The notes under the pieces are model-generated. The model saw nothing but the letters and a program-made list of their open reading frames with translations, did not search any database and had not been told where the DNA came from. Below are positions 1 through 11,334 of a stretch of 54,139 nucleotides of DNA, piece by piece (position 1 is the first letter of the stretch; each line of letters begins with the position of its first letter). Position numbers and translations under genes: made by a program. The DNA is taken from NCBI GenBank assembly GCA_043825735.1, contig JBDRRP010000039.1, forward strand, positions 1 to 54,139, in the 5' to 3' direction. The DNA comes from Pseudomonadota bacterium. Lineage in GTDB: Bacteria > Desulfobacterota > Desulfobacteria > Desulfobacterales > JBDRRP01.

Positions 1-19
1 CTTTGTTATGAACCTTCAT
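1..19 (-). CDS. 5' end of a gene running off the window (MKVHNK...), possibly an IS transposase
   Basis: ATG at 19-17, GGAGG RBS at 29-25, extended -10 TGtTATAAT at 89-81. Only 6 codons are visible, so the identity is a guess. Confidence 0.4.
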
Positions 20-266
20 AAAGTCCTCCACCTTTTGGGTGCCGTGTTGCTTGTTAGCTTCTTGGCGGAATTTAGCAAGCATTATAACACGTTACCTGCA
101 GGTGTGGGACTTTTTTTTGTTAAGAATCGCTCAGATTAGGTAAAACAGTTCGAGATGGTGTTTAAAGATACTCCAGAATGGTTATCTGGCGCAATCGTCA
201 ACCGAGCCCCGTGCCTTGACATCACCCGGTGGGACCTTTCGGTGGCGACCATTTCATCAGAAACCC

Positions 267-1397
267 CTATACTTTTAGAATTTCGGCAGCCAGTGTCGTA
301 AAGGGCATCACCCGCGTTCTGCAATCGCTGACCTCGTAATCCCTTGTGCCCTGGTGGACTTGATAAAAAACGGGGATTTCCGTTCTTTCCGCAAAATAGT
401 TGATATGTTTACTTACATTGCCGGCGCCGGTCTTGCACTCTACGGCAAAAAGAGGGCGGCTGTTTTTCAAAACTACGAAATCGACCTCCCGTTTTTGTTT
501 GTCCCTAAGATAGCAAAGCTTCATGTCGTCGCCCTGGGTATCCTCGATCAGATGGCAATACTTTAAAAGATTTGAAGCCACCAGATTTTCAAATCGAGCG
601 CCGGGCGTTTTGCACAAAGACCAGTCCCACAGGTAAAGCTTCCGGTCCTTTTTGAGTGCGTTGATTTGTTTCGGGCCGTAAGGCGTCAGCAGAAAACAGT
701 AATAGAGGTTTTCAAAAATCTTCACCCAACGGTCGACCGCTTCGTGAGAGGCTGACAGGTCTTCCCGCAGGGAGTTGATAGAAAGCAGCGAGCCCACCTT
801 TTCCTGCAGCAGAATCGACAGGACTTCAAGCTGGCTGACCTCCTTTACCTGCTCCAGCGAAAGAAGATCCTCCTTTATAACGCTTGCCAGACGCTCCCGC
901 TGCCAACGTTTCCATTTCGTATCGGAGCGGCCCAGAAAGGGCTCCGGGAATCCGCCGTATTTGAGAAGCGATTCCAGATCTTTTTGGGTCGGCGATCGAT
1001 TGACCTCAAACAGCGAGAACGGATGCAATCGATAGTAATGATACCGCCCCTGAAGGGAATCGCCGCCTTTGCGGTAATAATCGAGCCGGGCAGAGCCGGT
1101 GATCAAAAAGGATGTTGTGGATTTACGTTTGTCGTAAAGCCCTTTGACCCAGTTCCGCCATTCCTTGTATTTGTGAATTTCGTCAAAAACGATGAGATTT
1201 TGATTTGAAGGAAGCTTTCCCCCGAGGATATCCCTTTTGTCTTCCACGAAGTCCCAGTTGAGATAAGCCGGATGGGTTTCGTCCCCCTGCAGGATGGAAA
1301 GCGCCAGGGTCGTTTTCCCCACCTGCCTCGGGCCGCCGACAAATACCATTTTCTCCCGCAAATCCTCGACGATATGCCGCGTCAGATAGCGTTCCAT
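267..1397 (-). CDS. AAA+ ATPase, AAA_14/DUF4143 family
   Basis: Walker A GPRQVGKTT, Walker B IVFDEIH, ITGS, SLQGR, KLYLWD, FEN, and a C-terminal REVDFV...AVECK nuclease-like motif. Confidence 0.9.
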   Translation of the reverse strand: MERYLTRHIVEDLREKMVFVGGPRQVGKTTLALSILQGDETHPAYLNWDFVEDKRDILGGKLPSNQNLIVFDEIHKYKEWRNWVKGLYDKRKSTTSFLITGSARLDYYRKGGDSLQGRYHYYRLHPFSLFEVNRSPTQKDLESLLKYGGFPEPFLGRSDTKWKRWQRERLASVIKEDLLSLEQVKEVSQLEVLSILLQEKVGSLLSINSLREDLSASHEAVDRWVKIFENLYYCFLLTPYGPKQINALKKDRKLYLWDWSLCKTPGARFENLVASNLLKYCHLIEDTQGDDMKLCYLRDKQKREVDFVVLKNSRPLFAVECKTGAGNVSKHINYFAERTEIPVFYQVHQGTRDYEVSDCRTRVMPFTTLAAEILKV

Positions 1398-1427
1398 GGC
1401 AGAATACCCCTCCCACAGGCATGCATG

Positions 1428-1477
1428 ATTATTTTCGGGTCAACCCGATTATAGTTATAATTATTTTCGGGTCAACC
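1428..1477 (-). promoter_or_regulatory. sigma70-like promoter overlapped by a perfect 18-bp direct repeat
   Basis: ATTATTTTCGGGTCAACC at 1428-1445 and 1460-1477. Minus strand reads TTGACC(1475-1470)-16 nt-TATAAT(1453-1448). Confidence 0.7.
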
Positions 1478-1505
1478 ATAAAATTGTTTATTCTTCGCGG
1501 AAAAT

Positions 1506-2978
1506 TCACGGAACCCGCGGCAGATCGCCCGGGCCCTTGGTGGGAAGCGCGCTTTCGCCCATAAGGTAGCGGTCCACGGCCCGGGCCGCCTCGCGGCCTT
1601 CGCTGATGGCCCAGACCACCAGGGACTGGCCGCGCCGGGCGTCGCCGGCGGCAAAGACACCGTCCACGCTGGTCATGTAATCCGCGCCGGTAGCGATGTT
1701 GCCACGCTCGTCCAGGGCCAGCCCGTATTGGTCCACGATGGTGGCGGTTTCCGGCCCCATGAATCCCAGCGCCAGGAGCACCAGGTCCGCCGGCCAGGAT
1801 CGCTCGGAGCCGGGCACTTCGCGAAGCTGCGGCGCGCCGTCTCCCGACTTTTCCCACGCTACCGTCACTGTCGCCACCCGCGCAACCCTGCCGTCTTTTC
1901 CGTGAAAGCCCTTGGCCAGAATCCGCCACTGCCGCTCACCGCCCTCCTCGTGGGAGGTGCTGGTGCGAAGGCGCATGGGCCAAAACGGCCAGGGCTGGTG
2001 GTCCGGGCGGTCTTCGGGAGGCCTGGGCAACAGCTCGAAATTGGTCACCGACGCGGCGCCCTGCCGCAGCGCTGTGCCCACGCAGTCGCTGCCGGTGTCA
2101 CCGCCGCCGATGACGATCACGTGCTTTCCGGCGGCGGTGATCTCGCCTGACGCGTCGGGGGAAATGCGGTCGCCGGCCACCCGGCGGTTCTGCTGGCTTA
2201 AAAATTCCATGGCCAAATGGATGCCGGTAAGGTCCCGGCCGGGGATGGGCAGATCCCGCGCCGCGGCGGTGCCGATGCAGATCACCACCGCATCGGTTTC
2301 GGCAAGCTCCGCCGGGCTCAGGTCCACGCCGGCCTCGACACCGGTGACAAACCGCACGCCCTCGGCGGCCATGAGATCGACGCGCCGGTCGATGACCCAC
2401 TTTTCCATCTTGAAATCTGGAATCCCGTAGCGCAGCAGTCCGCCGATGCGATCGTCCCGCTCGTAGACGGTCACCTCGTGCCCGGCCCGATTGAGCTGCT
2501 GGGCGCAGGCCAGCCCGGCCGGTCCCGAGCCGATGACGGCCACCCGTTTGCCCGTGGGCGCGGCCGGCGGACGCGGCCGGATCAAATTCTGGGCGAAGGC
2601 CCTTTCGGCGATTTCCTTTTCGATGAGCTCGATGGTCACCGGGTTGCCGTCGATGTTCAGCACGCACGCCTCTTCACAGGGCGCCGGGCAAAGGCGGCCG
2701 GTAAACTCCGGAAAATTGTTGGTGGCCAGCAGCTGCGCGGCGGCGTCCTGCCACCGGCCGTGGTAGACGCTGTCGTTCCAGTCGGGAATCAGGTTTCCCA
2801 GCGGGCAGCCGCCGTGACAGGTGGGCACCCCGCAGTCCATGCACCGGGCGGTCTGCTCGGTGATCTTATTGTCGGTGAAGGGAAGATAGAGCTCTGCAAA
2901 ATCGGTCACCCGTTCGGCCACCGGCCGCTTCCGGGGCAGCTCCCGCTCAAATTCGGTAAATCCCGTCTTCTTTCCCAT
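1506..2978 (-). CDS. gltD: Glutamate synthase small subunit
   Basis: MGKKTGF start, [60 protein letters not shown]. Confidence 0.95.
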   Translation of the reverse strand: MGKKTGFTEFERELPRKRPVAERVTDFAELYLPFTDNKITEQTARCMDCGVPTCHGGCPLGNLIPDWNDSVYHGRWQDAAAQLLATNNFPEFTGRLCPAPCEEACVLNIDGNPVTIELIEKEIAERAFAQNLIRPRPPAAPTGKRVAVIGSGPAGLACAQQLNRAGHEVTVYERDDRIGGLLRYGIPDFKMEKWVIDRRVDLMAAEGVRFVTGVEAGVDLSPAELAETDAVVICIGTAAARDLPIPGRDLTGIHLAMEFLSQQNRRVAGDRISPDASGEITAAGKHVIVIGGGDTGSDCVGTALRQGAASVTNFELLPRPPEDRPDHQPWPFWPMRLRTSTSHEEGGERQWRILAKGFHGKDGRVARVATVTVAWEKSGDGAPQLREVPGSERSWPADLVLLALGFMGPETATIVDQYGLALDERGNIATGADYMTSVDGVFAAGDARRGQSLVVWAISEGREAARAVDRYLMGESALPTKGPGDLPRVP

Positions 2979-2985
2979 ATCCAGC

Positions 2986-5900
2986 CTATCCGTTGCTGCC
3001 ATGGCCAGCCGCCAGCGCCGCCTTGTAATCCACCGGTATCACCTTGACGAATCGTGCCAGCGCGGCCGGCCAATCGCCGAGCAGCCGCCGGGCCACATCG
3101 CTGCCGGTGGCGTCCAGGTGCTGCCGGATGAGCGCCGCGAGCGCCGCCGCCTCTCCGGGATCGTCCACCGTTTCCAGGGCCACCATTTCCGTGTTGCACC
3201 GCTCGGTGCGAAACCGACCTTCCGGATCGAGGACGTAGGCGATGCCCCCGCTCATGCCCGCGGCGAAGTTGCGGCCGGTATCTCCCAGCACCACCACCCG
3301 GCCGCCGGTCATGTATTCGCAGCCGTGGTCGCCCACGCCTTCCACCACAGCGGTCGCCCCGCTGTTGCGCACGCAGAAGCGCTCACCGGCCACTCCCCGG
3401 ATGAATGCCGCACCGCTCGTGGCGCCGTAGAGGGCCACATTGCCGACGATGACGTTTTCCTCGGCCCGGAATGCCGCGTCTTCCGGCGGGCGCAGGACGA
3501 GCCGGGCGCCGGAGAGACCCTTGCCGAAGTAATCGTTGGCATCACCGGTCACATGGGCGGTGAGCCCGGCGGTGGCAAAGGCGAAAAAGCTCTGACCGGC
3601 GGAGCCGGTGGCATGGATCACGATGGTGTCGTCGGGCAGTCCCGCCGCGCCGGTGCGCTTGGTGATCTCGTAGGAGAGTTGGGTGCCCAGGGTGCGGTGC
3701 ACGTTTCGAATGGCCGTGCGGACGGTTACCGGCACCCCGCTATCCAGGGCCTCCCGGCATTGGTTCATGAGCTGGCGGTCCAGAGATTTATCCAGTCCGT
3801 GGTCCTGGCGGCTCACCGTGCACACACGCGACAGCATTTCCGGCATGTCCGCGGTCACCAGCAGGCCCGAAAAATCGAGCCCCCGGGCTTTCCAGTGATC
3901 CACGGCCGGCCGGGCGTGGAGGCGATCGGTGCGGCCCACCATCTCCGCCACCGACCGGAATCCCAGCCGCGCCATGATCCGTCGTAGATCCTCGGCGATG
4001 AAAGTCATCAGGCGGGTCACATATTCCGGGCGTCCGGTGAAGCGTTTTCTCAGCTCGGGGTCCTGGGTGGCGATGCCCACCGGGCAGGTGTTCAGATGGC
4101 ACACCCGCATCATCACGCAGCCCAGCGCCACCAGGGCGATGGTGCCGAAACCGAACTCCTCGGCGCCCAGCAGGCAGGCCACGGCGATATCCCGGGCCGT
4201 CTTGAGCTGGCCGTCGACCTCGAGGGCCACACGGGCGCGAAGACCGTTCAGGGTCAGGGTCTGATGGGCCTCTGCCAGTCCCAGCTCCCAGGGAATACCG
4301 GCGTGCCGGATTGACGTCAGCGGCGCCGCTCCGGTGCCGCCGGATTCGCCGCTGATGAGGATCACGTCGGCCTTGCCCTTGGCAACGCCCGCGGCCACAG
4401 TGCCCACACCCACCTCGGAGACCAGTTTGACGGCGATGCGGGCCATCGGGTTGGCGCATTTTAGATCGTAAATGAGCTGAGAGAGATCTTCGATGGAATA
4501 AATGTCGTGGTGGGGCGGGGGGGAGATCAGCCCCACATACGGCGTGGCGTGCCGGGTTTTGGCGATCCACGGATAGACCTTGAAGGCCGGCAGCTGCCCC
4601 CCTTCGCCGGGTTTGGCGCCCTGGGCCATCTTGATCTGGATGTCCGCGGCGCTTGCAAGGTAGGCGGCGTTCACGCCGAAACGGCCCGAGGCCACCTGCT
4701 TGATGGCCGAGTTGCGCCAGTCGCCGTCGTCGTCGGGCGTATACCGATCGTCATCCTCGCCGCCCTCGCCGCTGTTGCTCTTGCCGCCAATGCGGTTCAT
4801 GGCCTTCGCCAGGGTCTCGTGGGCTTCCCGGCTGATGGAGCCATAGGACATGGCGCCGGTCTTGAAACGACGCAAAATGGCGGATACGGGCTCGATCGCT
4901 TCCATGGGCAGCGGCGTCGGTGCATCCTTGAGGGCGAACAGCCCCCGGATCAGCCCCTCCTCGCGGTTTTGTGCATCCACGGCGCCGGCAAAGGCCGCCC
5001 ACGCCCCGGCATCGTCGTTTCGCACCGCCTGGTGCAGCCGGGCAATGGTCTCCGGCGTGTACTGATGGACTTCGCCGCCTCGGCGCCATTGATATTTGCC
5101 GGCAACCGGCAACCGAGGGTCCGCCACGCCGGTGCGCCGGGGAAAGGCCAGCCGGTGCCGCAAACGGATTTCTTCGGCCAGCACCGCCAGATCCGCACCG
5201 GCGATGCGGGAGGAAGTGCCGGGGAAATAGGTATCCACCACCGACCGGTCGAGCCCGACGCACTCGAACATCTGGGCGCCCCGGTAGCTGTGGAGGGTTG
5301 AAACGCCCATCTTGCTCATCACCTTCAAAAGACCCTTGCCGACAGCCTTGATGTACGCCCCGCGACCGGCAGCGGCATCCTTGGCTTCGACCCGCCCCTG
5401 CCGGACCAGGTCGGCGATACTCTCGAAGGCCAGGTAGGGATGCACCGCACCGGCGCCGTAACCGATGAGACAGCAGAAATGGTGGACATCGCGCGCATCG
5501 CCGGTTTCAACCACGATGCCACAGCGCTGGCGCCGGCCGGTCTGAATGAGGTGGTGGTGCACGCCGGAAACGGCCAGCAGGGCGGGAATGGGCGCATGGG
5601 TTTGGTCCAGGCACCCGCGGTCCGTCAGGACCAGGATTGTGCCCCCTTCATCCACGGCGTCGCAGGCTGCAGCGCACAGGCGTTTCATGGCGGCCGCAAG
5701 GCCGTCTCCCCCCTCGTCCACCGGAAAGGCCAGAGGGAGCGTTGCCACACGGAGCCCCGCCATGCGACCGGCGACGACTGCGGCCATTTTGCCCGGGGTG
5801 AGCACCGGTTGCTCCAGCGTGAGCTGGCAGCAGTGTTCGGCGGTTTCGTCCAGGAGGTTCCCCTCGGCGCCGATGGTTGTGGCCAGGGAAGTCACCAGCG

Positions 5901-7539
5901 CCTCACGGATGGCGTCCAACGGCGGATTGGTCACCTGGGCGAAGAGCTGCCGGAAATAATCGGTGATCAGTCTCGGTTTGCGGGAAAGCACGCCTGAAGG
6001 CGTGTCGTCGCCCATGCTCCCCACCGGTTCAGCCCCCTGGGCCGCCATGGGACCGATCACCCACTTGAGATCTTCCTGGTCGTAGCCGAAGGCGATCTGC
6101 CGGCGCAGGAGATCGGCGGCATCGATCTCCTGCGCGGGGCCGTCTTCCGCTGCTTTGGGCCACCGGATACGGCCGACCGCCAGCCAATCGGCGTAAGGCC
6201 GCCGACCACAGACCTCATCCTTGATCTCGGCGTCATCAACAATCCGGCCCTGTTCCATATCGATCAGGAACATACGACCCGGCTGCAGGCGTCCCTTGGT
6301 GTCCACGTTCTTTGCAGGGATGTCCAGCACCCCGGTTTCAGAGGCCATGACCACAACACCGTCACAGGTGACGGTGTAGCGCGACGGTCTCAGACCGTTA
6401 CGGTCCAGCATGGCCCCGACCCACCGACCGTCGGCAAAAGCGATGGCAGCCGGGCCGTCCCAGGGCTCCATGATGGAGGTATGATAGTCGTAAAAGGCTT
6501 TTTTATGACGGGGCATGCTCTCGTGATGCTGCCAGGCCTCGGGGATGAGCATCATCATGGCATGGGGCAGCGTCCTTCCACCGTGGCAGAGCAGTTCCAC
6601 CACAGTGTCCAAAATGGCCGAATCACTGGCACCGGGCGTGGCGATGGGAAATAGTTTAGAAAGGTCATCTCCAAAATGCGGCGAGCGCAGCAGGGGCTCC
6701 CGGGCCCGCATCCAGTTGACGTTTCCCCGAAGGGTGTTGATCTCTCCGTTGTGGCAGATAAAGCGGAAGGGCTGCGCCAGATCCCAGGTGGGAAAGGTGT
6801 TGGTGCTGTAACGCTGATGGACCAGGGCAAAGGCACTGGTCATTTCCGGATCGCACAAATCGGGAAAAAAGACGGTGATCTGATCGGCCAGCAGCATACC
6901 CTTGTATACCAAGGTGCGGCACGACAGGCTGCAGACATGGAAAAAGCCCCGCTGGGGGAGTTTCGAGCTGCGCACCATCCGCTCCGTCCGCTTGCGAATC
7001 ACATACAGGGTGCGCTCGAAGTGATCGGTATCCCGGATGCCGCGACCGCGCCCGATGAAGATCTGCCGAATGGCAGGCGCCAGCTGGCGCGCAATGTCAC
7101 CCAGGGCATCGGGCGCCGTGGGCACGGTGTGCCAGCCAAGAAATACCTGCCCTTCGGCCGCCACCGCTTCGGCCATGATGGTCATCAACCGCCGGCGCTG
7201 GCCGCTGTCCGGCGGCAAAAATACCAGCCCCGCCCCGTAGTCCTGCGCCCCGGGCAGCGCCACCCCGTTTCCATCAACGGCCTTTTTAAAAAACCGGTGA
7301 GGCATCTGAATAAGGATGCCGGCGCCGTCACCCGTGGTTTCGTCGCAGCCGCAGGCACCACGATGTGAAAGATTTTCAAGAATGGTGAGCCCATCGCGCA
7401 CGATACCGTGGGAGGCGATCCCGTCCGGACGACAGATGAGTCCCACCCCGCAGGCATCGTGCTCATAGCTTGGATCGTAAAGTCCTTGTGGCTGGGGAAG
7501 CCCATGACGGGAGATGGCGGCTATTGGCGGCATGCGCAT
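2986..7539 (-). CDS. gltB: Glutamate synthase large subunit
   Basis: EHDACGVG amidotransferase start, QVTNPPLD, AMSYGSIS, QGAKPGEGGQLP, GCVMMRVCHLNTCPVG [3Fe-4S] motif, C-terminal GXGXG domain. Confidence 0.97.
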   Translation of the reverse strand: MRMPPIAAISRHGLPQPQGLYDPSYEHDACGVGLICRPDGIASHGIVRDGLTILENLSHRGACGCDETTGDGAGILIQMPHRFFKKAVDGNGVALPGAQDYGAGLVFLPPDSGQRRRLMTIMAEAVAAEGQVFLGWHTVPTAPDALGDIARQLAPAIRQIFIGRGRGIRDTDHFERTLYVIRKRTERMVRSSKLPQRGFFHVCSLSCRTLVYKGMLLADQITVFFPDLCDPEMTSAFALVHQRYSTNTFPTWDLAQPFRFICHNGEINTLRGNVNWMRAREPLLRSPHFGDDLSKLFPIATPGASDSAILDTVVELLCHGGRTLPHAMMMLIPEAWQHHESMPRHKKAFYDYHTSIMEPWDGPAAIAFADGRWVGAMLDRNGLRPSRYTVTCDGVVVMASETGVLDIPAKNVDTKGRLQPGRMFLIDMEQGRIVDDAEIKDEVCGRRPYADWLAVGRIRWPKAAEDGPAQEIDAADLLRRQIAFGYDQEDLKWVIGPMAAQGAEPVGSMGDDTPSGVLSRKPRLITDYFRQLFAQVTNPPLDAIREALVTSLATTIGAEGNLLDETAEHCCQLTLEQPVLTPGKMAAVVAGRMAGLRVATLPLAFPVDEGGDGLAAAMKRLCAAACDAVDEGGTILVLTDRGCLDQTHAPIPALLAVSGVHHHLIQTGRRQRCGIVVETGDARDVHHFCCLIGYGAGAVHPYLAFESIADLVRQGRVEAKDAAAGRGAYIKAVGKGLLKVMSKMGVSTLHSYRGAQMFECVGLDRSVVDTYFPGTSSRIAGADLAVLAEEIRLRHRLAFPRRTGVADPRLPVAGKYQWRRGGEVHQYTPETIARLHQAVRNDDAGAWAAFAGAVDAQNREEGLIRGLFALKDAPTPLPMEAIEPVSAILRRFKTGAMSYGSISREAHETLAKAMNRIGGKSNSGEGGEDDDRYTPDDDGDWRNSAIKQVASGRFGVNAAYLASAADIQIKMAQGAKPGEGGQLPAFKVYPWIAKTRHATPYVGLISPPPHHDIYSIEDLSQLIYDLKCANPMARIAVKLVSEVGVGTVAAGVAKGKADVILISGESGGTGAAPLTSIRHAGIPWELGLAEAHQTLTLNGLRARVALEVDGQLKTARDIAVACLLGAEEFGFGTIALVALGCVMMRVCHLNTCPVGIATQDPELRKRFTGRPEYVTRLMTFIAEDLRRIMARLGFRSVAEMVGRTDRLHARPAVDHWKARGLDFSGLLVTADMPEMLSRVCTVSRQDHGLDKSLDRQLMNQCREALDSGVPVTVRTAIRNVHRTLGTQLSYEITKRTGAAGLPDDTIVIHATGSAGQSFFAFATAGLTAHVTGDANDYFGKGLSGARLVLRPPEDAAFRAEENVIVGNVALYGATSGAAFIRGVAGERFCVRNSGATAVVEGVGDHGCEYMTGGRVVVLGDTGRNFAAGMSGGIAYVLDPEGRFRTERCNTEMVALETVDDPGEAAALAALIRQHLDATGSDVARRLLGDWPAALARFVKVIPVDYKAALAAGHGSNG

Positions 7540-7680
7540 CGGGTCACCTGTGTGAAATCCGTTCGGGACGATTCATGCATCACCCGCCTCCTTAACCGCT
7601 TGACAGATGAAATCCTGATTCGTTAAGTGATACACCATCGTCGATATCGTCAACCGGCCTAAATTTACCAGGGATCAGCT

Positions 7681-8235
7681 ATGAACCGTTGTCTGTGTAT
7701 CGCCATCGCCTTTTGTATATCGCTTGTGAGCGGCTGCGCCAATCGCCATCTATATATCCAGATGCCGGTACTGGCCGATCTGAAGGTGACCCTTGCCGAT
7801 GCATCCTGGGACGGGCGCTCGATCCCCGCCGGGCAGCAGTGCCTGCGCGACGGCGGACACGGGGCCACGCCGGCCATCAACGTTGCCAACATCCCCCCGC
7901 AGTCCACCCAGTTGCTCATCGAATTCAGCGATAAAAGCTTCATTCCCATGGACAACGGCGGGCATGGCATTATCGGCTATCACCTCAAACCCGGCACAAC
8001 AGAAGTCACCCTGCCCTCGATTCCGGGCCACACCTTCGATCTGCCGGAGCCGTTTTTCGTGGTGTCCGCACACCGCCGTGCAGCCTGGGACATCCCCGGT
8101 GCCTACCTGCCGCCGTGTTCCGGCGGCAAAGGCAACTACTACTATGTCACCATCAAGGCCCTTTATGCGCCGGACCGGCTTGAGCAGATGCCGGAAATGC
8201 TGGGACGCGGCAAAATCAATCTGGGACGGTACTGA
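7681..8235 (+). CDS. Lipoprotein, YbhB/YbcL (PEBP)-like
   Basis: Signal peptide with lipobox VSGC; YLPPCSGGKGNYYYVTIKA resembles the PEBP GPxPP...HxYxF region. Confidence 0.6.
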   Translation: MNRCLCIAIAFCISLVSGCANRHLYIQMPVLADLKVTLADASWDGRSIPAGQQCLRDGGHGATPAINVANIPPQSTQLLIEFSDKSFIPMDNGGHGIIGYHLKPGTTEVTLPSIPGHTFDLPEPFFVVSAHRRAAWDIPGAYLPPCSGGKGNYYYVTIKALYAPDRLEQMPEMLGRGKINLGRY

Positions 8236-8239
8236 CAAA

Positions 8240-9580
8240 TCAGAACTGCGCCTCTTCCGTCGAACCGGAGAGCGCCCCCACAGAGGTATCTCCCTGGGTG
8301 ATGGCGTTCATTACCCGATCGAAATAACCGGTGCCCACAAATTTCTGATGGGTAATGGCCATATACCCCTTTGTCGCGCCCTCTTTGAACTCCACTTCCT
8401 GAAACCGGCTGTAGGCCAGCATCCCTTCTTCACGGTATGCACGGGCCAGTTCGAACATCCCCAGATTGAGGGCATGGAAACCGGCGAGGGTGACAAATTG
8501 AAACTTGTAGCCCATGGCACCCAACTCCCGCTGAAACTTGGCGATGGCGGCGTCGTCCAGATTGCCCTTCCAGTTGAAGGAGGGAGAGCAGTTGTAGCTG
8601 AGTAGTTTTCCCGGGAACTCCCGGTGGATGGATTCCGCAAACACCCGGGCCTGCTTGAGATCCGGGTGTGAAGTCTCACACCAGATCATGTCCGCATAAG
8701 GCGCATAGGCCAGACCCCTGGCAATGGCCGCATCGACACCTCCCCGAATCGGGTAGTAGCCTTCTGATGTGCGGGGAGCGTCTTCGATAAAGGGATGATC
8801 GCGCTCATCGATGTTGCTCAAAAGCAGTTTGGCGGCATCGGCGTCGGTTCTGGCCACAAGCAGGGTCGGTACGCCGCAGATATCTGCGGCCAGCCGCGCG
8901 CTGATGAGTTTGGCAATGAACTCCTGCGTACTGACAAGGACCTTTCCGCCCATGTGCCCGCACTTTTTAGCACTGGCCAATTGGTCTTCGAAGTGAACCC
9001 CGGCGGCCCCGGCGTCGATCATCTGTTTCATCAGTTCGAAGGCGTTCAGGGGACCGCCGAACCCGGCCTCGGCATCGGCGACGATAGGGGCGAACCAAAA
9101 CGGTCCGTTCTTTCGACCGTCAAGCACCTGGATCTGGTCGGCGCGCTGGAGCGCCTTGTTGATTCGGCGGACCACGGCCGGGACACTGTTGGACGGATAA
9201 AGGCTCTGGTCGGGATACATTTCCTCGGCAAGATTGTTGTCTGCCGCCACCTGCCAGCCGCTGAGATAGATCGCCTTGAGCCCGGCTTCCACCTGCTGTA
9301 CGGCCTGGTTGCCGGTGAGCGCCCCCAGGGCCGGCACATAGGGTTCGGTCTTGAGCAAATGCCACAGGCGCTTGGCCCCTACCCGCGCGAAGGTGAAATC
9401 TATCTTCAGCGTCCCGCGCAGTTTCAACACCTCTTCGGCGCTATAGGGGCGCGTGATCCCCTGCCATCGCGGGTCCTTCTGCCAATGGGTCTCTAATTCG
9501 GTGATCTCGTCCGGAAATACTTCATGGCAAGATAACCGGGCGCAGATTTCTTTGGCTTTTTCTTCTATGGTTTTATCCAT
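8240..9580 (-). CDS. aceA: Isocitrate lyase
   Basis: [10 protein letters not shown] catalytic motif, [34 protein letters not shown] before the ATG at 9580. Confidence 0.97.
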   Translation of the reverse strand: MDKTIEEKAKEICARLSCHEVFPDEITELETHWQKDPRWQGITRPYSAEEVLKLRGTLKIDFTFARVGAKRLWHLLKTEPYVPALGALTGNQAVQQVEAGLKAIYLSGWQVAADNNLAEEMYPDQSLYPSNSVPAVVRRINKALQRADQIQVLDGRKNGPFWFAPIVADAEAGFGGPLNAFELMKQMIDAGAAGVHFEDQLASAKKCGHMGGKVLVSTQEFIAKLISARLAADICGVPTLLVARTDADAAKLLLSNIDERDHPFIEDAPRTSEGYYPIRGGVDAAIARGLAYAPYADMIWCETSHPDLKQARVFAESIHREFPGKLLSYNCSPSFNWKGNLDDAAIAKFQRELGAMGYKFQFVTLAGFHALNLGMFELARAYREEGMLAYSRFQEVEFKEGATKGYMAITHQKFVGTGYFDRVMNAITQGDTSVGALSGSTEEAQF

Positions 9581-9626
9581 TGTCGCCCTCCTGGTGATTG
9601 AATGATAGCGATGCGCCGCCGCCGTT

Positions 9627-11225
9627 TCAGTCAAGAAACGTATAGGCTCGCAGCGTCAAAAATTCCTCCAGCGCGTCGTTGCAAACGATGTCTTCAAAAA
9701 GTTGCGCGGCCTTTGCATAGTGCTCCGGCGACACCGTCTCGCTTCCCGCCGATGCCGTAATCTTTTCCAACTCCTCGGCCAGAGTCGCTTTGAACAGCGC
9801 CGTATCGACGGGGCTTCCGTCATCAATGGCTGCCTTCGGGTGGTGAACCCACTGCCACAGTTGCGTGCGGGAGATCTCAGCCGTGGCGGCATCTTCCATC
9901 AGATGATACAGCGGTACGCACCCGTTGCCGCTGAGCCAATGGGCCATGTACTGGATGCCGACGCTGACATTGGTCCGAAATCCGGCCTCGGTGATGGTGC
10001 CACTCGGCAGTTTGAGCAGATCCGCAGTGGTGACGGCCACATCGTCTCTCAACCGATGGATCTGGTTGGCGGTGGGCATGAGGCGGTCGAACTCGCCCTT
10101 GGCCACTGCCACCAGACCCGGGTGGGCCACCCAGGTGCCGTCGTGACCGTCGGAGGCCTCCCGGCGCTTGTCCTCACGAACCTTTTCCATCGCCACCGCG
10201 TTGGCAGCCGGATCCGACTTGATAGGAATCTGGGCCGCCATGCCGCCGATGGCATGGGCACCGCGGCGGTGACAGGTGCGAATCGCTAAAAGTGAGTAGC
10301 TGCGCATGCAGTGGCGGGTCATGGTGATCTGTGCGCGATCGGGGAAAAGATATTCGGGATGCTTTTTTAACCGTTTGATAAAACTAAAAATGTAGTCCCA
10401 GCGCCCGCAGTTGAGGCCGGCCATGTGATGACGCAGCTCGTAAAGGATCTCGTCCATTTCAAAAGCCGCCGGCACCGTTTCGATAAGCACCGTGGCCTTG
10501 ATGGTGCCCTGGGGAAGGGATAGCCGCTCCTGGGCCATGACAAAGACATCGTTCCACAACCGCGCCTCCAGATGGCTTTCCATCTTGGGTAGGTAGAAAT
10601 AGGGTCCTGATCCGCGGGATAGCAGGTTTTTTGCATTGTGAAAGAAAAACATCCCGAAGTCGAACAGGCTGCCGGAGGCCGGGACACCGCCCACCAGGAC
10701 ATGCTTTTCGGGTAGATGCCATCCCCGTGGCCGTACGATGAGCGTTGCCGTTTGCTTGTCCAGGGCATAGCGCCGTCCGTCCGGGGCGGTATAGGTGATG
10801 GTGCGGTTGACGGCATCGCGCAGATTGATCTGCCCGGCAATGGTGGCTTCCCATGTCGGACTGTGCGAGTCCTCGAAATCGGCCATGTAGGTTTTTGCTC
10901 CGGAGTTCAAGGCATTGATCACCATTTTACGATCCACTGGGCCGGTGATCTCTACCCGGCGATCTACGAGATCGGCAGGTACGGGATCGATACGCCAGTC
11001 CCTTTCACGGATCTCCCGGGTTGCCTCTAAAAAGCCAGGCAAGGCGCCGGCGTCAAAAGTTTCCTGTCGACTCACACGCGCTGAAAGCAATTCCTGCCGC
11101 CGCGTTTCAAACGCCTGACACAGTGCCCCCACGAAAGAGAGCGCATCGGGTGTGAGCGTTTCTGAAAACAGCGGGGATACCGGTACAGTGACGGTAACGT
11201 CGTTGTGGGAAAACGGTGTTGCCAT
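9627..11225 (-). CDS. aceB: Malate synthase A
   Basis: [68 protein letters not shown]. Confidence 0.97.
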   Translation of the reverse strand: MATPFSHNDVTVTVPVSPLFSETLTPDALSFVGALCQAFETRRQELLSARVSRQETFDAGALPGFLEATREIRERDWRIDPVPADLVDRRVEITGPVDRKMVINALNSGAKTYMADFEDSHSPTWEATIAGQINLRDAVNRTITYTAPDGRRYALDKQTATLIVRPRGWHLPEKHVLVGGVPASGSLFDFGMFFFHNAKNLLSRGSGPYFYLPKMESHLEARLWNDVFVMAQERLSLPQGTIKATVLIETVPAAFEMDEILYELRHHMAGLNCGRWDYIFSFIKRLKKHPEYLFPDRAQITMTRHCMRSYSLLAIRTCHRRGAHAIGGMAAQIPIKSDPAANAVAMEKVREDKRREASDGHDGTWVAHPGLVAVAKGEFDRLMPTANQIHRLRDDVAVTTADLLKLPSGTITEAGFRTNVSVGIQYMAHWLSGNGCVPLYHLMEDAATAEISRTQLWQWVHHPKAAIDDGSPVDTALFKATLAEELEKITASAGSETVSPEHYAKAAQLFEDIVCNDALEEFLTLRAYTFLD

Positions 11226-11259
11226 AGTGGCACCTCCTTAATATTTCCAAATAATCTGA

Positions 11260-11334
11260 CTCAGGGGGACCAGAAGACGGGGTCCCGCAGTTCGGCCGCT
11301 TTCAACTGGCGAGATCCGGCCGAGCTTTAATGAG
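11260..11334. other. Multi-stem structured element upstream of aceB (candidate RNA element)
   Basis: GGGACC/GGTCCC (11266-11286) and AGTTCGGCCG/CGGCCGAGCT (11289-11326), enclosed by CTCA/TGAG. Confidence 0.4.
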
